64,000 bases of DNA from Candidatus Omnitrophota bacterium (GCA_013287965.1 JABDCU010000002.1:27133-91132); one strand, 5' to 3'; counted from the first letter of the stretch, positions 55,245 through 64,000 are shown. Numbers and translations are program-made. The notes: generated from the letters alone by a model not told the origin.

Positions 55245-55934
55245 ATGTCTAAAGGGCTAATACTCACTATTGAAGATGATCCTCAAATCCAGAAGATGCT
55301 GGGCATTATTCTACGCCAAACTGGATATGAGGTTACAACTGCCGCCAATGGTGAAAAAGGTTTGGCTGAAGTTATTTTTAAGAAACCACAGGCAGTGCTT
55401 TTAGATATGAAATTGCCTGATATGGAAGGTTTTAATGTTCTCTTGAAGATTAGGGAAATTAGTGATCTTCCGGTGATCATGGTATCAGTTCGCGGGCAGG
55501 AAGAAATTAAAGTGAAATGTTTAGAAAACGGAGCAGATGATTATGTTACCAAACCATTTTCTGCGATTGAATTAACGGCAAGACTTTCGGCTGTTTTGAG
55601 GCGAAAGTTGACATCCGGGATCGTGAATGAAGTCTTTGAGAATGCGGGATTACGGATAGATTTTAATGCTCGTCAAGTGACATTAGATAGACAGTTGATT
55701 AAGTTGAACCCGCTTGAGTACAACTTATTATTGTCACTGGTTAAGAACGCAGGTCGGGTATTAACTATGTCTCATATTTTAAGGGACATATGGGGAACAG
55801 ATAATAAAGAGAAAGTAAATTCAGTAAGAGTATACCTAAATCACCTTCGTCAAAAAATTGAAGAAAATCCTGCCCAGCCAAAACGCATTGTTAACGAACC
55901 CGGCATTGGCTACCGGTTTAATCTTATAAATTAA
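55245..55934 (+). CDS. kdpE: OmpR-family response regulator, KdpE-like
   Basis: Receiver domain plus C-terminal winged-helix (LTPLEYNLLLSLVKNAG...VRVYLNHLRQKIE...GIGYRF). Positioned after kdpFABC. Confidence 0.75.
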   Translation: MSKGLILTIEDDPQIQKMLGIILRQTGYEVTTAANGEKGLAEVIFKKPQAVLLDMKLPDMEGFNVLLKIREISDLPVIMVSVRGQEEIKVKCLENGADDYVTKPFSAIELTARLSAVLRRKLTSGIVNEVFENAGLRIDFNARQVTLDRQLIKLNPLEYNLLLSLVKNAGRVLTMSHILRDIWGTDNKEKVNSVRVYLNHLRQKIEENPAQPKRIVNEPGIGYRFNLIN

Positions 55935-56015
55935 AACCCAAGTTTTATGGTAGAACCAAGACTTGGGAGTCATTGACGCTACTCCTTGGTATCTACTTTG
56001 CTAACGGGGGGTCAT

Positions 56016-56291
56016 ATGATAAGCAAAAAAGTGATCTTACTACCAATGGATAAGCAGGAATGGAAAGAATTAGGTTTTCCGCGTCAAGGGGCATCGTTAC
56101 TTACTATGATTAGTTTGGCTGAGGGAGAAATCCTAAATTTCATGGAAAAAAAAGAAGAAGTTGCGTTGACTGATATCGTGGATCAACTTGGGTTTCCAGA
56201 ACCTATTATTATGATGAGCATCGGTGGGTTAATTAGGGATGGGCTGGTAGTTACCAAGCGGCGAAATCAATTCATATTATTAATAGTCTAG
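56016..56291 (+). CDS. Hypothetical small protein (possible winged-helix)
   Basis: 91-aa ORF starting at internal ATG 56016. LTDIVDQLGFPEPIIMMSIGGLIRDGLV looks wHTH-like. Weak call. Confidence 0.4.
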   Translation: MISKKVILLPMDKQEWKELGFPRQGASLLTMISLAEGEILNFMEKKEEVALTDIVDQLGFPEPIIMMSIGGLIRDGLVVTKRRNQFILLIV

Positions 56292-56437
56292 CTGCATGAC
56301 AAGTTATGAGAACTCGTAACTTTTTTTATGTCTTACTTTTTCAAGGTGGCTTGCTCGCAATGAACCACTGAAAGATTTTGTACAAAAGGTTAAACGAATT
56401 CTTAGAAAGACTAAAGGTTGATGCGAGAATTCATTCG

Positions 56438-57337
56438 TTACAGCATTGTCCAGAGCGGACTTTTCCAGCTCTTCAATGCTTCAAGAAATACAAGTAGCCT
56501 TGAAGGCAGAAATTTTCTTGTTGGGTAGATGGCATGAACGTCAAATTGCTCAGAAGTCCAGTCGGGAAGCAATCTGAGAAGTTCGCCTTTTTCGATTTTG
56601 TTGTCGCAATAGGTTGAAGGCAGAAACCCGATGCCGTGCCCCCGATAAACAAACGTGCTGACTGATTGAAAATCTCGACTCGAGAGGGGGCCTGAAACTT
56701 GAATTTTAGTGCGCTTACGCCCATTTAGTAATTCCCACTCTGATTCATTATTTTTTCCATTAAACAAGACACACTGATGTTGTTTAAGGTCTTCGGGTTT
56801 AATCGGGAGCTTTCGGCCTTTCAGATATTCGGGCGAAGCAACAATATAACGGACCTGGCTGCCAAGTTTCTTGGCAATTAATGTTGAGTCTTTTAATTCA
56901 CCAAAACGAATGCAGACATCGTAATTTTCTGCGATCAAATCCTGAAACAGATTGGTGATGAAAATATCGATCTTGATTTGAGGATAGCTTTTGAGAAAGT
57001 CAGAAATAAATTTCAAAAATGGGTCTTGCCCTAAAATCATGGGTACGGAGATTTTAAGTGATCCTTCCGGCTGCTTTTGTCTTTGGGTCAATATCAGTTG
57101 GGCGTCAACCAAGGTGTTAAGCGGTCCGCTGCATTGGTTGAAATAATCTCGCCCTTGGGAGGTCAGGGTCAATTTACGTGTTGTTCTTTGTAGGAGAGTT
57201 ACACCAAGTTCCGCTTCGAGCTCGGATACTTTTCGGCTGACCGTGGACACAGGCATCTTCATAGCATGTGCCGCACGGGTAAAGCTCTCGAACTGAGCGA
57301 CTTTCACAAAGACAGCAATGTTATTCAAATCGGCCAT
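56438..57337 (-). CDS. LysR-family transcriptional regulator
   Basis: N-terminal HTH (FVKVAQFESFTRAAHAMKMPVSTVSRKVSELE) and a LysR substrate-binding domain. Divergent from ohr. Confidence 0.92.
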   Translation of the reverse strand: MADLNNIAVFVKVAQFESFTRAAHAMKMPVSTVSRKVSELEAELGVTLLQRTTRKLTLTSQGRDYFNQCSGPLNTLVDAQLILTQRQKQPEGSLKISVPMILGQDPFLKFISDFLKSYPQIKIDIFITNLFQDLIAENYDVCIRFGELKDSTLIAKKLGSQVRYIVASPEYLKGRKLPIKPEDLKQHQCVLFNGKNNESEWELLNGRKRTKIQVSGPLSSRDFQSVSTFVYRGHGIGFLPSTYCDNKIEKGELLRLLPDWTSEQFDVHAIYPTRKFLPSRLLVFLEALKSWKSPLWTML

Positions 57338-57347
57338 GCAGCTATTA

Positions 57348-57361
57348 TTCCATAAATGGAA
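57348..57361. promoter_or_regulatory. Perfect 14-bp palindrome, candidate LysR-type operator
   Basis: TTCCATAAATGGAA sits 11 nt upstream of the LysR start codon, within the lysR-ohr divergent region. Has T-N11-A-like dyad symmetry. Confidence 0.45.
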
Positions 57362-57575
57362 AACTATTTCTACATATTTCTATCTAGTCAAATAACCCTG
57401 TTTGAATTAGAGTATGTTTTTGTGCCATCAAGAAAGGCATGAAGGCTGCATAGGAGAGATATGGGTTTGTTCCTAAATATGATAGCAACTTTGGAGATAT
57501 TGTCAATCAACCGCAGGTGGCAGATGCTGCTTCTGGTCTGTTTACCATTAAACTTCACGCAAAGGAGATTAACAT

Positions 57576-58004
57576 ATGAATTCAAATCAACTCGAAAAGA
57601 AAGTAGTGTACACTGGCAAAGCCCATACAACGGGCGGTCGGGACGGTGGCTCATCCCGCAGCTCTGACGGTCGCTTAGATGTTAAGTTCACGTTTCCGGG
57701 TAATCCTGGCACCGGCACTAATCCGGAGCAACTGTTGGCTTCCGGTTGGTCGGCTTGTTTCCTTACGAATATTTTGATTGCGGGCGGCAAGAAGAAGGTC
57801 AGTGTGCCTCCTGAGACAGCCGTTGATGCCGAAGTGGACCTGTGCTCCACTGATGATGGCTTCGTACTCCAAGCACGCCTTAATGTGAGCCTGCCTGGTT
57901 TGGACCGTAAAGTTGCTCAGTCTCTAGTGGATACCGCTCACCAGAACTGCCCGTATTCCAGAGCCACGCGTGGAAACATCGATGTTACTATTAACGTAGT
58001 CTAA
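57576..58004 (+). CDS. ohr: Organic hydroperoxide resistance protein (OsmC/Ohr family)
   Basis: 142 aa. GGRDG, TNPEQLLASGWSACF (Cys1), CPYSRATRGNI (Cys2). Confidence 0.9.
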   Translation: MNSNQLEKKVVYTGKAHTTGGRDGGSSRSSDGRLDVKFTFPGNPGTGTNPEQLLASGWSACFLTNILIAGGKKKVSVPPETAVDAEVDLCSTDDGFVLQARLNVSLPGLDRKVAQSLVDTAHQNCPYSRATRGNIDVTINVV

Positions 58005-58060
58005 GCCAAGAGAAAACCCTTAAGCCACTAACAGTTGATTCTGCCAAAGGAGAATAACAT

Positions 58061-58927
58061 ATGAGTTCAAATGTAAAATCTGAAAAAGTCAACAATTCCT
58101 CAGCTCGAAAAGAAAGCAATGAGAATAAAATGAAAATAAAAGGAAAAGTCTTGGTACTAGTATCGAGCGGTCACGGCTTGCCCTTGCAAGATGGCAAGGT
58201 TTATTCCGGCGCTGGCTACTACCTTAACGAATTGACGGTTCCGGTTCGCGCCCTGATGAAGAATGGCTATGAAATCACTTTTGCCAACCCGAAAGGCAAC
58301 ACGCCGCAAATGGATGTCAATTCAGCTACGGCAGGGTTCTTCGGTGGGGATGAGGCTAAGCTTAAGGACTATCTAAGCTTCCGCGACAGCCTGACTGGGC
58401 TCAAAAAACCAGCTCTAATCTCGGATGTCATTGCGTCGGGTCTGGATCAATATGACGCTGTTTTCGTCCCCGGCGGTCATGGCCCGATGATTGATCTTCT
58501 CGAAGATCCCGACACTGGCACCGTGCTGAGACACTTTCATAAAGCGTCCAAGCCTACGGCAGTGCTCTGCCATGGCCCGATTTCACTTCTCGCGGCTCTT
58601 CCGAATGCGTCGGAAGTGGTCGGTGCGCTGAAGGCGGGCGATGCGGCTGGAGCGCGGGCAAAGGCTAAAGGTTGGATATATTCTGGATATAAGATGACCA
58701 TCTTTTCGACAGCGGAAGAGCAGCAGCGAGAGCCGAAAGAGATTGGCGGTAAGGTGTTCTTCTACCCGGACTACGCCTTGCGTACGGCGGGTGGCAACGT
58801 AAGTGTGGTCGCTCCATGGAAGAGCTACGTCCTTCAAGATCGCGAGCTGATCTCAGGTCAGAATCCGTTCTCAGATGAAGCGCTTCTGAAACTTCTTCTA
58901 CCGGCACTCAACGGGAAGAAGAAGTAA
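58061..58927 (+). CDS. DJ-1/PfpI (type 1 glutamine amidotransferase-like) family protein
   Basis: VFVPGGHGPM, AVLCHGP nucleophile elbow. The true start may be ATG 58127 (MKIKGKVLVLV). Confidence 0.8.
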   Translation: MSSNVKSEKVNNSSARKESNENKMKIKGKVLVLVSSGHGLPLQDGKVYSGAGYYLNELTVPVRALMKNGYEITFANPKGNTPQMDVNSATAGFFGGDEAKLKDYLSFRDSLTGLKKPALISDVIASGLDQYDAVFVPGGHGPMIDLLEDPDTGTVLRHFHKASKPTAVLCHGPISLLAALPNASEVVGALKAGDAAGARAKAKGWIYSGYKMTIFSTAEEQQREPKEIGGKVFFYPDYALRTAGGNVSVVAPWKSYVLQDRELISGQNPFSDEALLKLLLPALNGKKK

Positions 58928-59004
58928 GTCGGTAAAAGCGATCAAACCAAAATCAGGTAGTGCTGGATCTTTAGCAGACGCTTGACGCAACGAAGGAGGA
59001 CAGC

Positions 59005-59856
59005 ATGACAGTTTTACAAAAGCCGCGTGACGAAAAGGCCTCATCTCAGATACGTCTGGTCAAGCGCTCGCCCGAGTATTGGCGAGTCACGATTGACCGC
59101 CCACCGCTCAACATCTTCGGGCCGGAGATGCTTCCGCAAGTGGGAGAGATCATCACGGCAATCGAAACCGATAAGAAGGTTAAGGTGGTGGTTTTTGATA
59201 GTGCCGTAGAAGGTTTTTTCATGATTCATTTGGACTTTCTCGCAAATCTTGAAGATATGGCGCATCTCCCTCCTGGCCCCACAGGTTTGCATCCATGGCC
59301 GGAGATGTTGGTCCGGCTGAGCCGTGCGCCTGTCGTATCGATAGCGTTAATTCGTGGACGGGCGACTGGTATGGGAAGTGAGCTTGCCCTTGCCTGCGAC
59401 ATGCGGTTCGCAAGTCGCGAGAAAGCCATCTTGTCGCAGTTTGAAGTCGGCGCCGGTCTGGTGCCTGGTGGCGCCGTTATGGCGCGAATGTCGCGCCTCA
59501 TGGGAAGAGGACGCACCCTTGAAGTCATACTAAGTGCGGACGACGTCTCGGGTGACCTTGCCGAGCGCTATGGCTATGTAAACCGGTCGTTACCGGATGC
59601 CGACCTTGATGGATTTGTCGATGCTCTTGCCACCCGCATCGCTTCCTTCGACAAACAGGTAATCATGGGTACCAAGCGCCTTGTCGATGTCGCCAGTTTG
59701 CCACCTGATATCGAAATACAATCCGGTTGGGATGCCTGTGTAGCTTCGATGGGGCAACCAGCCACGCAGCAGAGAATCAAAACACTGATAGAGCGAGGCT
59801 TCTGCAAACCCGGCGATGCAGAGAATCGCTTGGGAGATTTCGTGGGACAGCTTTGA
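59005..59856 (+). CDS. Enoyl-CoA hydratase/isomerase (crotonase) family protein
   Basis: Crotonase-fold pattern: VVVFDSAVEGFF, IALIRGRATGMGSELALACDMRFAS. GGAGGA RBS. Confidence 0.8.
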   Translation: MTVLQKPRDEKASSQIRLVKRSPEYWRVTIDRPPLNIFGPEMLPQVGEIITAIETDKKVKVVVFDSAVEGFFMIHLDFLANLEDMAHLPPGPTGLHPWPEMLVRLSRAPVVSIALIRGRATGMGSELALACDMRFASREKAILSQFEVGAGLVPGGAVMARMSRLMGRGRTLEVILSADDVSGDLAERYGYVNRSLPDADLDGFVDALATRIASFDKQVIMGTKRLVDVASLPPDIEIQSGWDACVASMGQPATQQRIKTLIERGFCKPGDAENRLGDFVGQL

Positions 59857-59857
59857 T

Positions 59858-59893
59858 GTGGAAACATCGACATTACTATTAATTTAGTCTAAG
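59858..59893 (+). pseudogene. Remnant 3-prime end of a second ohr-like gene
   Basis: GTGGAAACATCGACATTACTATTAATTTAGTCTAAG versus the ohr end at 57970-58005, GTGGAAACATCGATGTTACTATTAACGTAGTCTAAG (32/36 identical). Would encode ...GNIDITINLV*. Confidence 0.75.
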
Positions 59894-59912
59894 TCAAACA
59901 GGAGTGAACACT

Positions 59913-60650
59913 ATGAATGCAAACACCAACAAGAATCAAGTAGCCATTGTCACTGGTGCGTCAAGCGGTATGGGATTGGGAATGACCCAGGCGCTTCTCG
60001 AAGGTGGCTATCGTGTTGTCGCAACTGCGCGTACGATCAGCGATTCAAAGGATTTAAAACCCTCCGCGAATCTCGTCCTGGTGGATGGGGACATTGGCAA
60101 AAAAGAGACAGCCATAAAAGTGGCTGATGCGGCTATCAAACATTTTGACCGTATCGATCTTCTTGTCAATAACGCAGGCATCTATATGCCAAAACCTTTC
60201 ATGGAATACACGCCTGAGGATTTTGAAAAGATGATTCAGACGAATGTCGGTGGATATTTCTTTGTGACGCAGCAGGTGGTTGCACAAATGCGCAAACAAA
60301 AGTCCGGGCACGTTGTGGGTATTGCAACGGTGTTAGTCGATCAGCCGTTGGCTGGAGCGCCTATCTCTTTACCCGTCATTACTAAGTCTACTGTTCCAGC
60401 CTTCAGCCGCGCCTTGGCAATGGAATTCGTGGCAGATGGGATACGGTTCAACAGTATTTCACCTGGCATTGTTGACACGCCGATGCACGCCAACGATGAT
60501 CATGAATTCTTAAAAAAACTTTCGCCGGCAGGACGTTTGGTTAAAATTTCTGAAATCGTGGATGCTTTGTTGTATTTGCAAGCGTCACCCATGGTAAATG
60601 GCGAAAATATTAGAGTTGATGGAGGTGCACATGCCGGCGCCAAATGGTAA
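59913..60650 (+). CDS. Short-chain dehydrogenase/reductase (SDR) family oxidoreductase
   Basis: VAIVTGASSGMG (TGxxxGxG) and NNAG motifs. ATG 59913 has AGGAG 8 nt upstream. Confidence 0.88.
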   Translation: MNANTNKNQVAIVTGASSGMGLGMTQALLEGGYRVVATARTISDSKDLKPSANLVLVDGDIGKKETAIKVADAAIKHFDRIDLLVNNAGIYMPKPFMEYTPEDFEKMIQTNVGGYFFVTQQVVAQMRKQKSGHVVGIATVLVDQPLAGAPISLPVITKSTVPAFSRALAMEFVADGIRFNSISPGIVDTPMHANDDHEFLKKLSPAGRLVKISEIVDALLYLQASPMVNGENIRVDGGAHAGAKW

Positions 60651-61173
60651 GCAGAAAGTTGTAAACGGTCCTAGTTCACGTCTTAAGGAGCTCGGAATCG
60701 TGCTCCCCACGCCTCCGATGCCTTTGGGGGCTTACGTCGAAACTTCTGACACCGGAAATTTGCTTTTTTTGAGCGGTATACTCCCGGTAGTGAACGGCAA
60801 GCTCCCTATTACTGGCCGCCTGGGTGAAAACCTATCGGTAAAGGAGGGTCAGGAGGCTGCCCGCATCGCTTCACTCAACGCTCTAGCAGCCGCGAAGCAA
60901 CATCTCGGGAGCTTGGATCGTCTTAAGAAACTCGTCAAGGTGACAGTATTGATTGCAACCACTGAACAGTTTGTCGAACACGCGGCCGTTGCAAACGGGG
61001 CGTCTGATTTGTTCGTTCAGATTTTTGGGCCACAACTTGGTCACGTTCGATTGGCCTATGGGGTGCAAAGTATGCCAATTGGCACGCCCGTCATAGTTGA
61101 CGTCTTATTTGAAATCAAACCGCCTGTCAATCGACCGAGTTATAAGAAAACTTCTAAAATCAAACGAAAATGA
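60631..61173 (+). CDS. RidA/YjgF-family protein
   Basis: LGIVLPTPPMPLGAYVE...LFLSGILP...VEGQEAARIA... RidA-like layout. GGAGG RBS. 20-nt overlap with the SDR end. Confidence 0.7.
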   Translation: MPAPNGKQKVVNGPSSRLKELGIVLPTPPMPLGAYVETSDTGNLLFLSGILPVVNGKLPITGRLGENLSVKEGQEAARIASLNALAAAKQHLGSLDRLKKLVKVTVLIATTEQFVEHAAVANGASDLFVQIFGPQLGHVRLAYGVQSMPIGTPVIVDVLFEIKPPVNRPSYKKTSKIKRK

Positions 61174-61187
61174 AGGTGAGAAAACAT

Positions 61188-61883
61188 ATGAAACCCTCTA
61201 TCGTATTGGTACATGGTGCATTTTCCGACGGATCTAGCTGGAATGCAGTTATTCCCATTTTAGAGAAAGATGGGTTTACCGTGACCGCAGTGCAAAATCC
61301 GCTTAGATCATTGGCAGAAGATGTTGCAACCACAAAACGCGTTATTGAAGCACAAAAAGGCGATGTTGTATTGGTCGGACATTCTTATGCTGGCGCTGTC
61401 ATTACTGATGCAGCCGCTGGGAGTAGCAAGGTCAAGGCCTTGGTGTATGTCGCGGCATTTGCACCGGACGTAGGTGAATCGGTTGGTGGGTTGATTGAAA
61501 AATTTCCACCCACTGATTTGAGCTCAGCGCTTGCGCCGGATTCGGCTGGTTTCCTGTATATTAATCGGACTAAATTTCGCGAAGTTTTCGCCCATGATGT
61601 TTCTGAAGACCAGACATCCATCATGGCGGCGACTCAAAAGCCGATAGCTGCAACAGCATTTGGCGAACCCGTCACGACTGCCACTTGGAAGAATATTCCT
61701 TCCTGGTACATCGTATGTACTCAAGACCGTGCAGCCAATCCTGAGTTGGAGCGGTTCATGGCTAAGAGGATAAAGGCGCAAACCACAGAAATCAAAGCCA
61801 GCCACGTACCATTCATTTCTCAGCCGGAAGCAGTAGCTGGAGTTATTAAAGCAGCAGCTGTTGCGGTGCAGAGCAAAGCGTAG
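61188..61883 (+). CDS. Alpha/beta hydrolase
   Basis: IVLVHGAFSDGSSW, and GHSYAG nucleophile elbow. Confidence 0.85.
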   Translation: MKPSIVLVHGAFSDGSSWNAVIPILEKDGFTVTAVQNPLRSLAEDVATTKRVIEAQKGDVVLVGHSYAGAVITDAAAGSSKVKALVYVAAFAPDVGESVGGLIEKFPPTDLSSALAPDSAGFLYINRTKFREVFAHDVSEDQTSIMAATQKPIAATAFGEPVTTATWKNIPSWYIVCTQDRAANPELERFMAKRIKAQTTEIKASHVPFISQPEAVAGVIKAAAVAVQSKA

Positions 61884-61915
61884 CTCTGGTGGGGTGAATT
61901 GTTGGAGATAAGAGT

Positions 61916-63082
61916 TTGAAACTACAAATTGCTCTCACAGGAATGGCATGTTTGATTGTGGCGATGGGTTTTGGTCGGTTTGCTTTAACTCCTCAATTGC
62001 CACATATGATTTCTGAAGGGCAGATCACTTTGACACAAGCATCAATACTCGCAGCTGTAAATTTTTTGGGTTATCTGCTTGGGGCTATAGAAACAATTCA
62101 AGCCAAACGTCATTTGATTCTTCGTTTGAAATGTGGATTATTGGGAAGTGCAGTTATTTTATTTTTAACCACATTTATACCATCTGGCATTACTGGTTTT
62201 TATGTGAATTTATTATTACGATTTACAGCTGGCGTAGCTAGTGCGTGGACATTGGTTTTAATTTCAACATGGATTCAAAAAGAATTAAGAGACGAACACA
62301 CGTTACGAACATATGCTTTTGCAGGACCAGCAGTAGGTATATTTATGACGGGAATAATCGCTATAGGGGTAGACTATTGGCATACGTCAGCTGCATTTAA
62401 TTGGTTTGTCTATGGACTAGTCGCTCTTACTGTTTCATTCATCATTTATAAATCCCTTCCCAGTTCTTTGCCCGAAATACTTACAGATAGACATTTGCAT
62501 TTGGACAGTAGGTTGTATCGTTTGGGCATTAGTTATTTCTTGTATGGTCTTGGTTACATTTTACCAGCGACTTTTTTGTCTAAATTAGCAAAAGACCAAT
62601 TTCCCGGCTCATTATTAGCAGATACATTCTGGCCATTATTTGGATTAGCTGCAATAGCTGGAATGTTAATTTTATCTGCACAAAAGAATGTAAAGAATTC
62701 TCAACGATTGCTAGCTGGAATTTTTTGTGTTCAAGGTGTAGGTGTTTTGGCTTGTGCAATGCTTCCAGGAGTAGCAGGTCTTTTGATAGGAGCATTATTT
62801 GTGGGTGGTTCATTTATGGTCGTTATACAATTAACATTTCGTTTGGGTTCTGAATTATCTCCGCATCATCTTCAGGCTATGTCGGGCCTATTAACAACAG
62901 GATTTGCTATTGGTCAATTAGTTGGACTTTTGCTCTCAGGTTTAAGCACTTTTCTTTGGCCATCAATGGTGCCTGCATTATTAATAGCAGCTGTTGGCTC
63001 ATTCTTAGCTGCATTGCTGGTATATCCAATAATTGTACCCCCAATTGCAGATGTCTTGCAAAGAGAAAATCAGTATACGTGA
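61916..63082 (+). CDS. MFS-type transporter (YbfB/YjiJ-like)
   Basis: 388 aa with about 12 hydrophobic segments. TTG start, with GGAGA 7 nt upstream. Very AT-rich relative to neighbours (a spot line gave 27% GC). Confidence 0.65.
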   Translation: MKLQIALTGMACLIVAMGFGRFALTPQLPHMISEGQITLTQASILAAVNFLGYLLGAIETIQAKRHLILRLKCGLLGSAVILFLTTFIPSGITGFYVNLLLRFTAGVASAWTLVLISTWIQKELRDEHTLRTYAFAGPAVGIFMTGIIAIGVDYWHTSAAFNWFVYGLVALTVSFIIYKSLPSSLPEILTDRHLHLDSRLYRLGISYFLYGLGYILPATFLSKLAKDQFPGSLLADTFWPLFGLAAIAGMLILSAQKNVKNSQRLLAGIFCVQGVGVLACAMLPGVAGLLIGALFVGGSFMVVIQLTFRLGSELSPHHLQAMSGLLTTGFAIGQLVGLLLSGLSTFLWPSMVPALLIAAVGSFLAALLVYPIIVPPIADVLQRENQYT

Positions 63083-63134
63083 GGCCTTTGTGCTTGATAA
63101 GACTGCAAAGAAACGCATCATAAGGAGAATAAGT

Positions 63135-64000
63135 ATGTGTAAGTTTTTATTAAGTATTCTCATTACAATCACCTTCATAACAACAGCTATAGCGCAAGTT
63201 CCGCCTTTTCCGTCTGATTTCCATACTCAGGATATTAAGATTGCTGATGGCGTAACAATACATGTTCGTGTTGGAGGTCATGGTCCAGCCGTCGTATTAA
63301 TTCACGGCTTCGCAGACACCGGTGATATGTGGGCACCTTTGGCTACTGATCTCTCAAGAGATCATACGGTCGTTGTGCCTGATCTGCGCGGAATGGGGCT
63401 GTCCTCACATCCCACAGGTGGCTATGATAAGAAAACTCAAGCAGGCGATATACGGGCTGTTCTTACTCAACTTGATATCGATCACGCGGTTGTAGTTGGG
63501 CATGACATTGGCACGATGGTTGCCTACGCGTACGCTGCTCAGTATCCGGACAAGACCGATAAGCTGGTGGTCATGGATGGGCCGGTTCCTGGTATCCCAC
63601 CATGGAATGATATCGTCCGCAGTCCTGCTCTTTGGCATTTTTCTTTTGGAGGTCCGGATGTCGAACGGCTGGTTGCTGGCCGCGAGCGCATTTATCTTGA
63701 CCGCTTCTGGGACGAGTTCGCAGGCGATCCATCAAAGATCGATGAAGCGACCAGAGTCCATTACTCTAAATTTTATGCGCTACCCGGAGCCATGCATTCT
63801 GCATTTGCTCAATTCCTATCGATCCCACAAGATGTACAGGACAACCAGAAGTCGTTAGCGACAAAATTGTCCATGCCGGTGCTTGCTATCGGAGGCGCTA
63901 AGATGTTTGGGGCAGAAGAGGCGGTCCAGATGCGTAACGCTGCCGTTAATGTGACCGAAGTTGTAATTCCAAATTCAGGGCATTGGTTGATGGATGAGCA
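63135..64000 (+). CDS. Secreted alpha/beta hydrolase (epoxide hydrolase / haloacetate-dehalogenase-like), 3-prime end cut by window edge
   Basis: Self-translated, because it is absent from the ORF track (no stop in the window): MCKFLLSILITITFITTAIAQ..., VLIHGFADTGDMW, VVGHDIGTMVA (Asp nucleophile), ...PNSGHWLMDE. AAGGAG RBS at 63122. Confidence 0.8.
   Translation, partial: MCKFLLSILITITFITTAIAQVPPFPSDFHTQDIKIADGVTIHVRVGGHGPAVVLIHGFADTGDMWAPLATDLSRDHTVVVPDLRGMGLSSHPTGGYDKKTQAGDIRAVLTQLDIDHAVVVGHDIGTMVAYAYAAQYPDKTDKLVVMDGPVPGIPPWNDIVRSPALWHFSFGGPDVERLVAGRERIYLDRFWDEFAGDPSKIDEATRVHYSKFYALPGAMHSAFAQFLSIPQDVQDNQKSLATKLSMPVLAIGGAKMFGAEEAVQMRNAAVNVTEVVIPNSGHWLMDE

Overview
The window has two parts. 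Roughly nt 1-41,500 is a dense, almost entirely plus-strand core block. It carries a type IV pilus / T2SS-like module (GspE/PilB ATPase, PilC/GspF platform, five tandem prepilin-like genes), a papain-family peptidase, tRNA-Ala, rsmE, recA-recX-alaS, hisD-B-H-A-F-I, trpE, rpsP, yajC-secDF, a short mfd, surA-pdxA-rsmA(ksgA), a thioesterase, a 1574-aa exported/membrane giant protein with an embedded SerC-like aminotransferase domain, gatCAB, ctpA, a yibQ-like gene, tsaD, and a five-gene translationally coupled operon (bactofilin-HTH, HTH-TM, integrase N-domain only, TMTC-like TPR membrane protein, polytopic membrane protein). From tRNA-Ser(UGA) at 41,592 onward the window is accessory and compositionally mosaic. 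It holds a tyrosine integrase, an AlbA_2/Schlafen-like ATPase-wHTH gene, a candidate undescribed two-gene TIR locus (DUF2971-like protein coupled to a 1080-aa TIR + helical-repeat protein, 44,921-48,960), VOC and small membrane genes, kdpFABC with two extra upstream micro-ORFs and a duplicated KdpE-like regulator but no KdpD, then a GC-richer LysR/ohr/DJ-1/ECH/SDR/RidA/hydrolase/MFS detox cluster bearing recombination scars. Two dispersed repeat families are visible. One is four 110-180 nt rod-like imperfect palindromes in intra-operon gaps. The other is a 27-bp palindrome (TGTCATTCCCGCGnAAGCGGGAATCCA) found in intergenic gaps and in frame inside pdxA and rsmA. No rRNA or CRISPR array was seen. 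The organism is unknown; gene content suggests an uncultured Gram-negative-type lineage, which I cannot verify. All calls rest on reading the translations and the DNA; no searches were run.
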